A stretch of 64,000 nt of DNA, taken from Eledone cirrhosa. Its lineage: Eukaryota. Each line of letters opens with the position of its first letter. The stretch's first letter is position 1. The notes beneath the pieces were generated by a model. That model was given only the letters and a program-made list of their open reading frames with translations, was not told the DNA's origin and made no database searches. Location of the stretch: contig OZ024743.1 of assembly GCA_964016885.1 (NCBI GenBank), positions 49,104,001-49,168,000 on the forward strand, in the 5' to 3' direction. The translations under genes were made by a program, and so were the position numbers. This document shows, piece by piece, positions 21,727 through 35,900 of the stretch.

Positions 21727-21927
21727 TAATTAGAAAGTGAACAACACGATATATAACTACTCCATTAGCAAAGGTTTCAGGACTCTCGACAATATTAATA
21801 TACGTCTAGTTCGCTCATCAGGCAGAGGGGTTATAATAATAATAACCCCATAACTAGACGTTTGTCTAGGGTCCTGAAACCTTTGGTAATGGAGTAGTTA
21901 TATATCGTGTTGTTCACTTTCTAATTA
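21727..21927. repeat. 201-bp palindromic element with 57-bp inverted arms; probable inverted Penelope-type pLTR pair carrying a hammerhead-like motif
   Basis: 21727-21783 is the reverse complement of 21871-21927 with one mismatch. Confidence 0.85.
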
Positions 21928-22444
21928 TATATATATAATTTATTTCAGATAGAAATGAATTCTACAGAACTAGAACTGTTTCATTCATTTGAAATCAGGA
22001 ATTTCAAACAAATGAAACAGTTTTAATCACGTCAAAGTTGTTTCTCTGTGAAATAATTATGTAATTGTTGTACTTAATGTATAGGAGTACCTGTAGTCTT
22101 TTTCTGTTCCTCAAAAAACTATTTTTCATACATATATACATGCATACATGTATATATATACATACTGTAGAGATAGTTACACAAGCAGGTAAATAGATAG
22201 ATGAAGATTTACCAGAGATAGATAAACAGATGTGTGGATAGACAGTTTGACAAATACATAGATGCATGTTGTTTTTATTGTCCAAAGACAGATGGATAGT
22301 AGCTGATTGACTACTGACTGCTTGTCATCCAATGTGGGTGAGAGAGGTAGAAAGGGAAATATCAAATTGACATTTCCCAAACAAATCTATCACAGCCTGT
22401 TTGACACATGACACATCTTGTTATAAAGCTATACAAGTATATGT

Positions 22445-22850
22445 CTGTGGGTTAAAGTCCTTGAATAGACGGAGGTCACCAGCATCGAGGCCATACTACT
22501 GAAGTCCCAAAAATGTTGGGCAGGGCACGACTCCAGGATAAAGGAACATCACTTACCTAGGATCATGCTATATGGCAAACTTTCCACAGGCCATCAAAAC
22601 AGGGGGCACCAAGGAAAAATACAAGAGCTGTTTGAAAAAAATTCCTAGATGCCTGTCGCATCAACCATTGTCCACTCTAACTGAGAACTGTGATGCCTGG
22701 CATCTCACCATCAACCATGCTGTTGCCTTCTTCAAAACACTGACGAGAACATAAAGCATATGAGGAAGAACCACAACACCAAGTCATCAGACCTTCAGCT
22801 GCAGCAACCATGCCTGCCTGTCCCTGAACAGCCACAAGCGTGTGTGTGCC
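22445..22850 (+). mobile_element. degenerate RTE/BovB-like LINE ORF 3' fragment
   Basis: Frameshifted translation TSIEAILLK...WAGH...LYGKLSTG...G.PR.KYKSCLKK. Confidence 0.6.
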
Positions 22851-24372
22851 AAAGATAAACGGAAAACAACACAGTACAATAAAGATATATTAGGTTGGAC
22901 AGACAGTTCTTGCTGTTTTTTAAATTTTTTATTGATTTTAGCGGTTTTTAAACAGGAAAATTTTACATACATATATATATATATGCACAGGGACATAGAA
23001 ATACTCGGTTTGGTGTCTGAGAACAGGGTTAGTCCAGCAAGAATGAGCTACCCCTAGTTCTTGTTTGGAAATCATTCTAAGAGTAGGAAAACTGATGTAA
23101 AACCTGTGACTCAATAGTAACCAATAATGTTGACTTGTTCTCCTTTTTGGATACCTAGCACCATTGTTCAGAGAGTGGCATTGGTCCAGTACAAGGCCTT
23201 TCTTAACTTAAAATAGCTTCAAGCACAGGAATCATCTGAACGATTTTCATATATGTTATGTGAGCATGGCCTTTTCTGTTTTCACTGTAACATATGCAGA
23301 AAGGAATAAAAGTCCTTGGAGGGCTAAAAAGTCATGTTCGTGCCACCCATGTATGTGAAAAACCAAGATGCAGCCATTATATATATATAATGAAACCATA
23401 CATAAAAGAGATGCAGAGTTCCGCAGCCTGTCTGGGAGGTCAGTGGTCAAGCAACAGTTGTTTGTACTAACTAAGGTCTGTTTGTCTACCTACTTACCTC
23501 TGTAGCTGTCTAGGCCTGTTTATCTATCTACATAACTGTCTATCGCTCTATTTATCTATCTGTTTGCCTGCCTGATTATCAATGTATAGTTATCTATTTA
23601 TGTATATTTACCATTGTATCTATTTTTGGATAAAAAGAACAATAAAACACAAATCCCAATAGCAGTTCAAAGATCGATAGTTAGAACAAAGTCATCATAA
23701 TTTAGTGCACATATGATTATGATTAAAGAAAGTATGGAAGAAAATGATTATTCTGATTGCTGTATACCTGTCACATTCCTAATACACCTTTCCTACCATA
23801 CATGGAAAGTCAAAGATACTCCTCAAGCCAACCCACATCTCCTCCATGAGTTTCAGCAATCTGAGGTCTGCTCTCACCACCTCTGCCCATGTTTTTCATG
23901 GTCTTCCTTCATATATACCTATTCATTTATTATAGCTAAGTAGTGCACTGTGTTACTCTGGAATTTCACCTGTGCAATCGCAGGATCGTCAATATGTATA
24001 TAATATACACATACATATATGTATGTGTATATATATATATATATATGTGTATGTGTGAGCATGTATAAAGGAATTGTGAAGAAATATAAGACATTTTTAT
24101 TAGTATTACATGTTTCAGCAAGTGAAATGTGAAGAATATAGTGATTGGAAAATTTCATTAAGCTGCATTATGTAAGATATGAGTACAACTACCTGAGCAC
24201 ATAACTTTACATCCTTTCTGAATCCTCAGATATTAAAAACAAATTGTCACAGTTTTATTGTTTTTCTCGTTTTTATGCTCAGAATTTACTATATGTACTG
24301 AAACATTGCTTTTACCATATTCTTCAAATTTTATTTTTTGCAACATGTGTAAGACTAATGAAAATGTTTTAA

Positions 24373-24569
24373 CCCTCTAGCATTCACATTATTTTATATA
24401 TACTATTATATTTTCATGGTAAAGGCTTTACCTCACATACTTTCAAAATCTCATAGATTCGATATTATTTATTTTGAGAACAATACCTTAACATCAGTAT
24501 GAGTGACCACTTACAGCCAGTTTCAACAGAAAGAGGTAGAGAATTCTGGCCAGTTTGAACATTAAAGGG
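24373..24569 (-). mobile_element. piggyBac-type MITE copy
   Basis: TTAA-CCC...GGG-TTAA termini. Internal sequence is related to 55332-55544, in the opposite orientation. Confidence 0.6.
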
Positions 24570-24809
24570 TTAAATTCCATCATAATTCCTGTAATTTTTT
24601 AAATTGCTCCATGCACTTACACTCATACAATACCTGGGATTTGTTTACCCAAAGTTTTAATTCTATATGGATTACACCTTTTGTGAATACATTCTATTTA
24701 TTGTAGTTTGAAAGTTACTTGGCATAACTCTATCTTCATCTTTCCACTGTTATCATTTATATATAAATATATGTACGTATGTGTATATATATATATATAT
24801 ATATGCATA

Positions 24810-24894
24810 CAGGGTGTTCCTCAAAAATATATGCACACTTCAACGGCATTCTAATAAATATTGCCTGTGTATACATATTTTTTGGCACACCCTA
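24810..24894. mobile_element. short Tc1/mariner-type MITE
   Basis: TA-CAGGGTGTTCCTCAAAAATAT...ATATTTTTTGGCACACCCTA-TA imperfect TIRs. Confidence 0.5.
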
Positions 24895-24898
24895 TATA

Positions 24899-25310
24899 TC
24901 ATCACCGTTTAACGTCCATCTTCCACGCTAGCATGGGTTAGACGGGAGTTGTCCCACTTGAGGCAAAATTGGTCGGGTGACCGTGTCACGGTCATATAGG
25001 ACTATCTGGCAGGTTTTCTACGGCTGGATGCCCTTCCTAACACCAACCACATTTACAATGTGGACTGGGAGCTTTTTACCGTGTTACCTACACAACCACA
25101 TTACATTGTGGACTGTTTTTTTGTTGACACCTACACGACCTCATTAGTTTGGACTGGATGTTGTGGTACCAACATAACTTTACAGAGAAAGGTTAGTGGG
25201 AGGATAGAGTAGGGGTAGTGGGTTGGGGTGTATATTTGGTTAGGAGGTGCCTACTGACTAGGTTTCGCTTTGTACATAGGCAAGGCAGGTCTTCTGTATT
25301 ACTGCGTGGC
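24899..25310 (-). mobile_element. RTE-family 3' tail element
   Basis: Reverse complement of 40410-40830. Confidence 0.7.
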
Positions 25311-27116
25311 AACAAAGATATGTATATATATATATCATCTTCATCACCATTTAATGTCTTATTTCCTTGCATGGGTTATATCCATATATAATTTCCAATG
25401 GAAAAGAAAGGCCAAACCCAGATATTCCGGACCTAAAGAAAACAAAATACATAACCAAGAAAAAAGTGTTACTGAGTCCAATTTTAACCCAATAAATTTT
25501 GAGATATTTTACCACCTTCACAAAAACCTTCCTATATATAAAGATCAAAAATTGAAAAAAATACTAGAAAAACAAATCATCAAAAATAAGATATTAAAAA
25601 TATTACTGGCACAAAAATACATAAATGAATCCCAACCTCAGTCACAAAATCTGGAGGATCTGTAGTACCTGCTTATACCTAATTGAAGGACCAGAGTTCA
25701 AATTTAAAAATGAACAAACCTTTAGAATAAAAGAAAATTTTATCTGCAACTCTGAGAACTTTATGTGATAACATGTGGATGTCTGAAAAACTAAATTGGG
25801 CAGACTAGATTGATGATAATGAATGACCAGACGATGCCAACAAATCTGTGATGAAAACAGACAAATTCCCTTTGGGTGGTTTTCTACATCAAATAAAATC
25901 GTAATTGACAATATACACAGAAATTGAACGAAGACTGTGTTACACTGTCTTATGTAATCAGTAACGTAATCCATGGTATATTAAAAAAAGACGATATTAT
26001 ATATAAACTGCATTAGGAGAAAATTAGTGAAGGAAATATGTTTATTTAAGCGATCGTTAACCGGAAGTGTTGACATTTGAAAATTTTAAAGAAGTGAATC
26101 GTTAAATAAGCAACAAAATATATTTAATCAAAAGCTACGAAATTTAGTAGATAAATTATGTAATATTCATTAATTATTTATTCAAAGTAATCCAACTTAT
26201 TTTACAAATGGAATAAAAAATTATATTTTGGATGCAGTCCCGTACTCTTTTCTTTCACATATCGAGATTTTGATAACAACACCTTAACATATGTATGAGC
26301 AGCCGGTTAACAGCGGTTTGAACAGAAAAAGGTGAGAGAATTCTGGCCGGACACGGCTGGTTTAAATGCTAAATGGTTAAAAAGCTACATAACAAATGCA
26401 GGAATGAATTACCTAGTTTTAAAATATTCCCCTTCTACAAATGTTCAGATTCAATTACAGAACAAAGAAAAGTAATTTATTAACAAATATAAGCTAAGTT
26501 TGAATGTATAATTGTTATCCATTAGATATCACATAATAAATTAAAGATGTGAGCAAATATATTTTTATGTGTACCCATGTGGTTGTAGGAGCATACATTT
26601 GTATATATGTGGATGTGTAAGTGCCTGTGTGTGTAAACTTACAACACAGGATAAAAGAAAAAAATTATCACATTGCCAAACGCAAGATAAAAAAAATATA
26701 CAGAATTCACACAATTGGAATTTGGGAGTTGATTTATATATAAGCCACACATATATTCATTTAACCTCAAAATAAATGAGTAAACTGTGACGCTTATTAT
26801 TTGGTGAGCTTCACACTAGCATCATTATTGATTTTAAACCCATTTTTCCACACTTGCATGGGTACTCAACTGAATCAACCTATTTGTACCCGCTTCCCAT
26901 TACCTCTTAAAATACCTTCATTTGACTTATCTATCATCTTTATAACTGCTTTAGAGTTGCGACCAGTATTCAGTATCAGCAACTGGAAACATTGTTTCTT
27001 TGTTCTGATTTGACAAGTTCCACCCCCACTCGTTAAGTGAAGTCTGGGATGTTGTCATTGCTATGATGGCTTTGTAAGAGGTAATTTTACAGAAAGTGTT
27101 TCCAACATTATTACTG

Positions 27117-27297
27117 ATGGCAGTATCGGTAGAGAGTCGGATGCCATGCTTTGACGCATAGTTACGGCCCTTGCCATTCTGAGTTCAAGTCCCGCCGAGA
27201 TTAACTTTGCCTTTCATCCTTACGGGGGTCAATAAAATAAAGTACCAGTAATGCACTGGGTAATTGCTGGCCTGTGCCAAAAGTAGAAACAATTATT
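27117..27297 (+). mobile_element. tRNA-head SINE
   Basis: Matches the SINE consensus; B-box GAGTTCAAGTCCC. Confidence 0.8.
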
Positions 27298-28269
27298 ACT
27301 GAATAACTGACTTTACTTCTCACTCCTATCGACCACAAGATAAAAGGGAAACTGTGTATTGGGGCCCAGAATAAACATAAATGTCTACCATTCAATAGAT
27401 TCCTCAATACTGAAATTTAACTTTCAATTCAGGATGTTTTAAACACTTGCAACTATTTGATAACTCTTAACTCTACTTAATACACCAAATATAGAATTAT
27501 TTATTTTGTATGATTTTTAGACAAAAGACAATATTTAACTACACTTCTGTGCATTTCCACTTATTTTACTCCTATTATTAACTGTATTTTTATATCATCA
27601 TCTCTAATGTAAATTTTCCATGCTTGTCATGTTATGAAGCTAACCAAGTCAGGTGACTATGTCTTCCTCACAGATCTGTTTTTGTCTTGGTATTCTACAA
27701 CTGGGTGCCATTCCTAACCACTTTACAGCGTCAACTGGGAGCTTTTCTCGTGGCACCACCATTACCACTTTTCGTCACAGCACTAGGACAACCACCTAAC
27801 AGGGTGCACAGTTACACATACATATCTATATTTAAACAATATTTTTGAAATTCTACAAATGAAGTTATGATTGATTACAAGATCCCTTCATAACATCACA
27901 AACAAAAATGTGATCTCTACGATAAAATAGAAAACAATTGTTTTTCAAATGACAAATTTAATCCTGTACAGATTTATTCAACAAAAAATATATTTACAAT
28001 AAATTAGAGAGAGAGAGAGAGAGAAATATAGAACAGACAGAAAGAATGAGAGAAGAGAGAGAAAGAGAGCCCTAGGAGAAATAAAACAAAACAAAAAAGA
28101 AAAAAAAAGGAGGAAAACACATGATCCTTCCAAGACTGAATCAGCCAAGTTGTTGTATCAGCCAGGTTTTCAAGGGGGCTATAATCAGGTCGGCTAACAA
28201 AATATCTGTCCCTGAGTAGCTGGTAGTTACCTACCCGTCACATTTCTTTAGATAAATATAAATCACTTT

Positions 28270-28575
28270 GATGTGTTGATCTATCTATTGCCTGAAGTCA
28301 GCTTCACATATCATAGTTGTCACATGACAACTCCTCTATATTGATTTATCTGTTGTCTGGAATCAGCTTCATATATTCTAGTTGGGTCTCCTGTGTATTG
28401 TACCTTTTATCTAGTCAGCTTCACATTTCCTAGTTGTCTCTTCTGTGTATTAATTTCTTGCTTGGGATCCACTTCATATTTCCTCGTCATCATATATATA
28501 TATGTGCATGCGCATGTGTGTGTAGATGTATTGATATATCTGCTGTCCGCAGCCTCCTTCGTATTTCCTAGTTGT

Positions 28576-28631
<56 letters not shown>

Positions 28632-28980
28632 ATTCCTGTATATTAAAGTAGCTGCTGTTTGCGGTCTGCTTTACATTTGGTAGTTGCCACACACACATGT
28701 ATATATACAACTTGTGTGTATTTATCTGTAGTTATTGCCTGAGGTCTGCATCACATTACCTAGTTATCACATACATTGACAACTTCTGTTCATTGATGTA
28801 TCTGTTGTCAAAGGTCTGCTTCATATTTTCTAAAGAGAGAACAACTGTGTAATGATATATTTGTTGTCCGAGGTCTTCACATTTCCTAGTAGCCATATAT
28901 ATATATAAATATATATAGACAATTTCTGTATAATGACGTATATGTTGTGTGGAGTCAGCTTCATTTCCTGTTGCTGTCAT
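28270..28980. repeat. degenerate tandem repeat interleaved with microsatellites
   Basis: Recurring tatctgttgtc...tcagcttcatatttcctagttg. Confidence 0.55.
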
Positions 28981-29974
28981 AAATTGACATCATGATTGTT
29001 ATAAAGCAAGTATTTGCTTGGTAGATTGGTAACGAGGTAGGAACTCTAACCATCGGAACCATTGTTTGGGTAGTAATTATAAAGTAATTAAGTCCAACAT
29101 TGCAATATCTTCAAGCTTAAGAAAGAGAAAAAACCCTCCCCAAAATGTCCTGAAACAAGATATAAACCTTGCTGAGAGAATGGGAAGCATAGATGTTGTT
29201 GTTACTTAATCTTGTTATTGCAGAAGTTGCTGGAATCTGTAAGGATTTCATTGATATTTCTACTTTTCCTGCCAACTGGTGAAAGAATGGTTATGAAATC
29301 TTCCACCATAAACAGTTGCTTTCCTCCTTCATATTTCAGAAACAAATGGAAAATTCCCAGAAAGGTATTTAATTTTTTTTTTTTCAAAGTCCAACTTGGA
29401 GATATGGCTTTTATCTGCTTTGAAAAAAATATAGAAATCTTTGGGAATTATTGAACATATAACAATATAAATTTCCATTGTAACGCATGAAATTTAGTAA
29501 ATGAGATATACATGTGTTTGTGTGTATGCATATATACACACACACAAACACACACATATTTACACATATACACATACACACACTCATTTATGCATTTATA
29601 TATATATACATATATACACACCTATATATGTTGATAAATATGTGCGTATATACATATATACATGCACACACACTCTTACATAAAAGCACCAGACAGATTC
29701 ACATATGCTTAGATGTATGTATGATCATGTGGTGAAGTTGTTGATTAAACAACGAAAACAAAAAACGCAACAACAGAGCAGAGAGCTGTTGCCCCACCAG
29801 ACTTGTGTTGTAGAAAGCTGACTCAGTAAGAAAGACTATTGAGCAAACGTATGAAACCATCTGGCAACTAAACAACATGACGCAGTAAAAGAACCCTGCA
29901 ACTGAAAGGAGAATCTGTTGAAGGTGTTGTGATATATGGAGTAGATAGCTGTCATTGTCACAGCCCACACTTCA

Positions 29975-32900
29975 CTATAATGCCTGCACAACTGCCATAC
30001 TCTGCTTGCAATCCACTTTGGTTGAGTCATCATTTAGTACCACGTTCTTGTCCACAAGGAACTGCATGCAGTCATCTCGGTTAGAAAATGACAATTCATT
30101 CTGGATGTGAGATATCAGCAGCATAGGACGAAAGCTATTACAACATTTTGTATTGTGGTTTGGAGAGTAGGGTTAACAACAGGCCAGCAGGGATGAAAAA
30201 GAAGAAAACATAACATGTTAGCACAATAAGATAGAGAAAATATCATCAATTTACAAAGTGGGGAAAACATGACGGAGGGTGGTGGAGTGGGCACTTATTT
30301 ACTCACCTGCTAAAAATCTAAAAGAGGGGGAAATATAGTAATAATAATGAGATATTAAACAGGAGGAGGAGAATAATACTATGATTTCTGTGTAATAGAT
30401 TATACTCACTCCTTATTGTTAACTTACCTCAATACTGATTCTGTATTAGTTTGTGATGAAATACAGACTTATTAGCCAAAAAGTAATGATATACTCGCAA
30501 CAGGTAATATGTTAATTATAAAATAATTGCCTATTTATAGAACCTTTTTTATTATTGGTTGCTATAGTTATTTATTCTCATTGTGGTGCAGTCTCATTAC
30601 ATTTCAGTAATCAACACAGGTTTAATAATCAGCAAATCTTTTACAAATCTAACAACTCCATTTAGTTTTCAAAATAATGCAATCTGCTGCTTGTATCAAA
30701 CATGCACACACACAATAATTCACTAAATATCTTTGTACAGATTTCTAATTTAGGCACAAGGCTAACAAGTTTTGGGGGAAGGCAAAATTGATTAAATCAA
30801 CCCCAGTACTTTATTTTATCAACCCCTGGGAGGATGAAATGCAAAGTTTACCGTGGCGAGATTTGAACTCGGAAAGTAGAGAGAGAACAAATATTGCAAT
30901 GGCATTTTATCCAACACTCTGCCAATCCAGCACGAAAAAAAAGCTAAAGAAAAAAAAACTTTCAAACAGTGGGCACAAGGCCAGCAATTTGAGGGATGAG
31001 GAAAGCCAATTATATCAACCACAATACTTAACTGGTACTTATTTTATCGACCCCGGACGGACGAAAGGCAAAGTTGACTTCAGGATTTGAACGCAGAATG
31101 TTGAGAGTTGTAACTAAATGCCACAAAGCATTTTGTTTGATGCTCCACCGAGACTGCCAATCAATCGCCATAAATATATTTATATTTATAGCTATTTAAG
31201 GTACATGAGACTACCTAATAAAAACACACACACTCTGGTTGTTTTTCACTTCAGCTTAACTACAAATAAATTAGATTAGTTTGCTAATTAATTAATTAAT
31301 TTGTCACACTTCTTTCACCATATCCTGACTTTAGAGATGACGGTGTGGACCTACGTGTACTTCTATCTCATAAACACTCTGTTTTAGGTTCATTTCCCAG
31401 AGTCCACAGTCAGTGTATGAAGGGGTATAATGTCACAGCTTTTGACAAACTGAACAATCAAATGACTGATTACTTGATAAATCTGAAGTGAGAAAATCAA
31501 TCAGTGTGTGGGAGTTTTATTCAGCAAATTCCCAAAGTAAAACAGTATTTGTTTCAATACGCAATTTTACATCAATAATCTTTTAAAATAAATATAGTTA
31601 TTATCTATAATTGCAGAAAGACTTATCTAAAGCAAAACACTGTCATAACTTAATATACATGTTGAAAGGATTCATTATATAAAGACATCTGACTGATCTG
31701 ATAAAGCAATAACACAGCTTCACTAATATTTACTTCAGTAGAACTTTAGCTGTACATCGAGATCACAGAAAGGAGCTTTTTTTTTTACAAAGGTTAATGT
31801 AATATATGTCTACTGTATAAACAAATTACTTCAGCATATTTTATTTATTCCCAGAGTTGCCAGATACATGAATTTAAAAAAAGCAATCCAAAATGAAAAT
31901 ATTGGTAGTAAATATATATATATCATCATTGTTTTTATGTTTTTCCACACTTGCACGGAATAGTAGGTCCTTCTCAGCACAGTATCCCTCCACTTACCGC
32001 ATTCCTTCATCATCTCCTCCGTGAGGCTCACCAATATGAGGTCAGCTTTCATCACCTCTGCCCAGGTCTTCTTGGACTACCTCTACTGGGATTTCCTGGC
32101 ACTTTTTCACCCAGCGATCATCATCCATGTGCATCACATGTCCATCCAACAGTCTGCTCTCATGCATATCACCTCACAGATGGGTTAATGGTAAGGGTGT
32201 TGGATTTACAATCAATGTTGTGGGTTCAATTCCTGAACTGAGTTGTTTGTTGTGTTTTTGAGTGAATACTTCATTTTACATTGCTCCAGTATACTGAGTA
32301 GCAGCAGTAATTGGGGGTTTAGCCCCGCAATGGACTGGCATCATGTCCAGGGGAAGACTTGTACTTTTAGTAATTTAACACCATGGGAACCAAGACAAGC
32401 ATCGGTCAGATGTGCCTGTCAAATGGTTCTAATTTATTTATTTGATAATTTAATATCATATTCAATAGTATTTACCCCCCCCCCCCCCCCCAATATATAT
32501 ATATAGTATTGTGCAATCCTAAAAAAAATAGTGTAATTGGTTGGCTAATAGCGGCCTGATCTGGCAACTCTGGTCATTTATGAAAGGCTGGCTAAAATGT
32601 TACAGATGTTATCTCATTTTTGATATATTACATCTAAGCAGAAATTAGGGACACTATCTCTACAAAACTACGTTCTTACCAAACAAGACATATTAGTTGG
32701 TTATTAAGAAAACAATCAAATCATTAGTTAGACATTGGACATCATAATAAATAAACTGATGCACAACAAATTCTCAGATTTAAGGTACATAAAAGCAATA
32801 TGTTTTATGAATTTGAAGATTTAGTGAAATAGGAAATAAATATAATTAATTAATTAAGATTTTCAATGATGAAAGAGTCCAAAATATTAGGACGATTCAA

Positions 32901-35900
32901 TCAAATTAGAAAATAAAGATGTATTGAATTAAAACTAAGTTCTATATTCACTTTATACTTTTATATGTATACAAATGCATATATATATACATATATATAC
33001 ACATACATATATATACACACACATATATATATACACACACACATAGATATACACATACCGACACACATATATATATTCACATATACATATATATACATAC
33101 ATTATATACACACACATACACATATTATATTCACATATACATATATACACACACACATACGCATATATATTCACATACACACACACAACATATACATACA
33201 CATATATATATATATATATACATACTCACACACACATATATATATATATAAACACACACACACACATATATACATCATCATTTAATATCCATTTTCCTTG
33301 GTAACATAAGTTGTATGTGTCATCATAGACCAAGTCAGTACTTAATCAAAGCTACTGATCTTTCAGATGGACCGGGGGCTGCATCTCGCTAGCATACATC
33401 CCCACACTCTGCAGGGCATATATGTATGTGTGTGTATAATAGCCAAAACATTAAGAACCAATATGAACAACTTATTGTGTATGCAGCAACAGAGGAAAAA
33501 ATAAAGACAGAGCGCGAAAGACTTGTCAGATACATACGATTTCACAATAGTTTTTAACGCTGATATTCTAACTCTCTCCACGAACCAATCCATAAGATAA
33601 CCGGACATTTTTGGAGCACACCGGTAGAGTTTAAAAAACCTATGATAATTATTAAGTGCCCAAGCAGACCTCACATTTAATGAATGAGAGACACACTCAT
33701 CTTTTCTATGATTTGATTTCAAAGATGACAATGCAGTTGTTAAATCTTTAAAAAAATGGTTAAAGAAAAACATTCTGGAATTTGAAATAAAATGTTGCAT
33801 TATATAAATATAGGATGTAAATGTGATTGGTGTTAGGAAGGGCATCCAGCTGTAAAATACTTGGCTAAATTTATAGCCCTTGCCAGAGGAAGGTGTGACA
33901 TGGCTAATCATGGCCTGACTTGCCTCCCAGCATGGACGACCTATCTAACCCATGCAAACATGGAAGAATTGACGCTAAACGGAAATGATAATGATGATGA
34001 TAGGAAAAAGATTGTTGAAAATGCAATTAGAGTCTTTAAGAAGGTTTATTTACAATAACTTATAACTTTATTGGTTTCACAAGTTAAGAGAAATGGAGAG
34101 ATGTGTAATTATCACATCCCTCCATTTTTCTTAATTTTTGAAAATCATGTAACTTATGAAACCGGTAAAGTTATAAGTTATTGCAAATAAAGCTTCTTAA
34201 AGACTCTGCATTTTCAACTTCTTTTTCCACCTATCTGGGATATATTAAAAACTTTACTTTCGGATATATATATATAGAGATATATAAATAAAAAGAACTC
34301 AGGTTATTCTATCATCATTTTGGGAACCATTTTTCCACGCTAACATTGGTTGGATAAGGCTATTTGGAGGCAGTGTTCTACAACTAGATTTCCTTCTTGG
34401 TGCCAATCCTTACTTTATCACATACAAGTAGCTTGGCAGTTTCTGCCCACCAAATTCATTCACAAGGTATTGGTCTGTCTGAGGCTTTTGTAGAAGAAAC
34501 TTGTTTAAGGTGTCAAGCAATAAGATAGAACCCAAGACCACATGATTGCAATCAAACTCTTAACCACTCTGACTTGCCTGAGACTTATATACCTTATAAA
34601 CATAAATAATGACTTGTTCAGAGATTAATGTTTAGGTACATCTGAGTTTTTTTTATAAAATAAACTTCTGGTGGTGCATTGCATCATTCAGCAAAATATT
34701 TTATCTTACCACTCAGCTAGCAAAAATGTGTAGCATCTGTGGTTCAAAGGGCCAGCCTCGTCACACCTTTTGTTATGATGAAACACCCGAGAACTATGTA
34801 TGTTAAGGGTACACATGACTGTGGAATGCTTAGTGACTTGCAGAGTGTTCTGTTGATTGAATCAACAGAACGCTTGTTAGCACGGAGGATCATCCAACAC
34901 ACACAACTGGTGTAAAGCAGAGGGAGAAGTATTTCAACAACAAAGGATACCCAAAGTGTTTGATGTGAATATGTAATAAAGTATTCTGTAGGCTGTAAAT
35001 TCTGCAATGTTTCCATGATGTCCTTCATGGTACAGTAGCTTCAACTGGGTCTGACACTGGTTAAATTCTTCATGGTCTCCCTGAAGAAATAATTACAATT
35101 CTAGAAGTCACGTTTTTATTCACATATAATTTGCAATGTAATTTTATTTGTTGTTATACAGAAGTAGGAGACAATCAAACAATGGGGGGGGGGGGGGGTT
35201 AGCAGGAGAATGACAATAAAAGTGAAGAGTGAGAGAAAATGGATAGAGCAGTAAAAGAGTATGTGTGTATATATATTTATATATAAACATAGTTTAACTT
35301 ATGCATGCCAAAGCCTACATGTTTACATGCTTCTCTAATCTAGATTTTTTAGGTATCTTATTCATAGAGATGTCTCGTCGTATATTAGTGATAAAAAACC
35401 TTTTCTTTTTCTCAGTTGTATGTACGTGTTTATGTGTATATATATATATTTATATGTGTATATATATATATATATATATTTGTTTTAACAGTTTGATTAT
35501 ACACACATACAGCATATTACGTTTTATAGAAAATATTTTATATGATTTTCAAAATTAAGAAAATAATTTTTCCCTATAATTAATAAAACTGTTGACAACA
35601 TGGATACACTAGTAAATATATAAATCATATTTAACTGGGAGAAAATATTATGAACTTACCTTTTCCATAGCAATACGTGCATGAGTTTCATATACTCGGA
35701 CAGTAAAGGTATCTCTTATTCCTTGCAACTGCAAACAGTGAAACATATTCCCTTATCATTTTCATACCATCTCTATTTCTTGGTCCATATGGGACAATTT
35801 TTCAAAGGGTTATTTTTACAGAAAATAATTATTTTTGAGATGTGATTTGTAGTCTATGGCAAAATGTCATGTTAGTAATAACTGTTTCCCAAACTGGCAC

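Noticed and set aside
25642-25974. 110-aa minus-strand ORF as a fourth protein gene
   Set aside because: No recognisable motif and no supportable exon chain.
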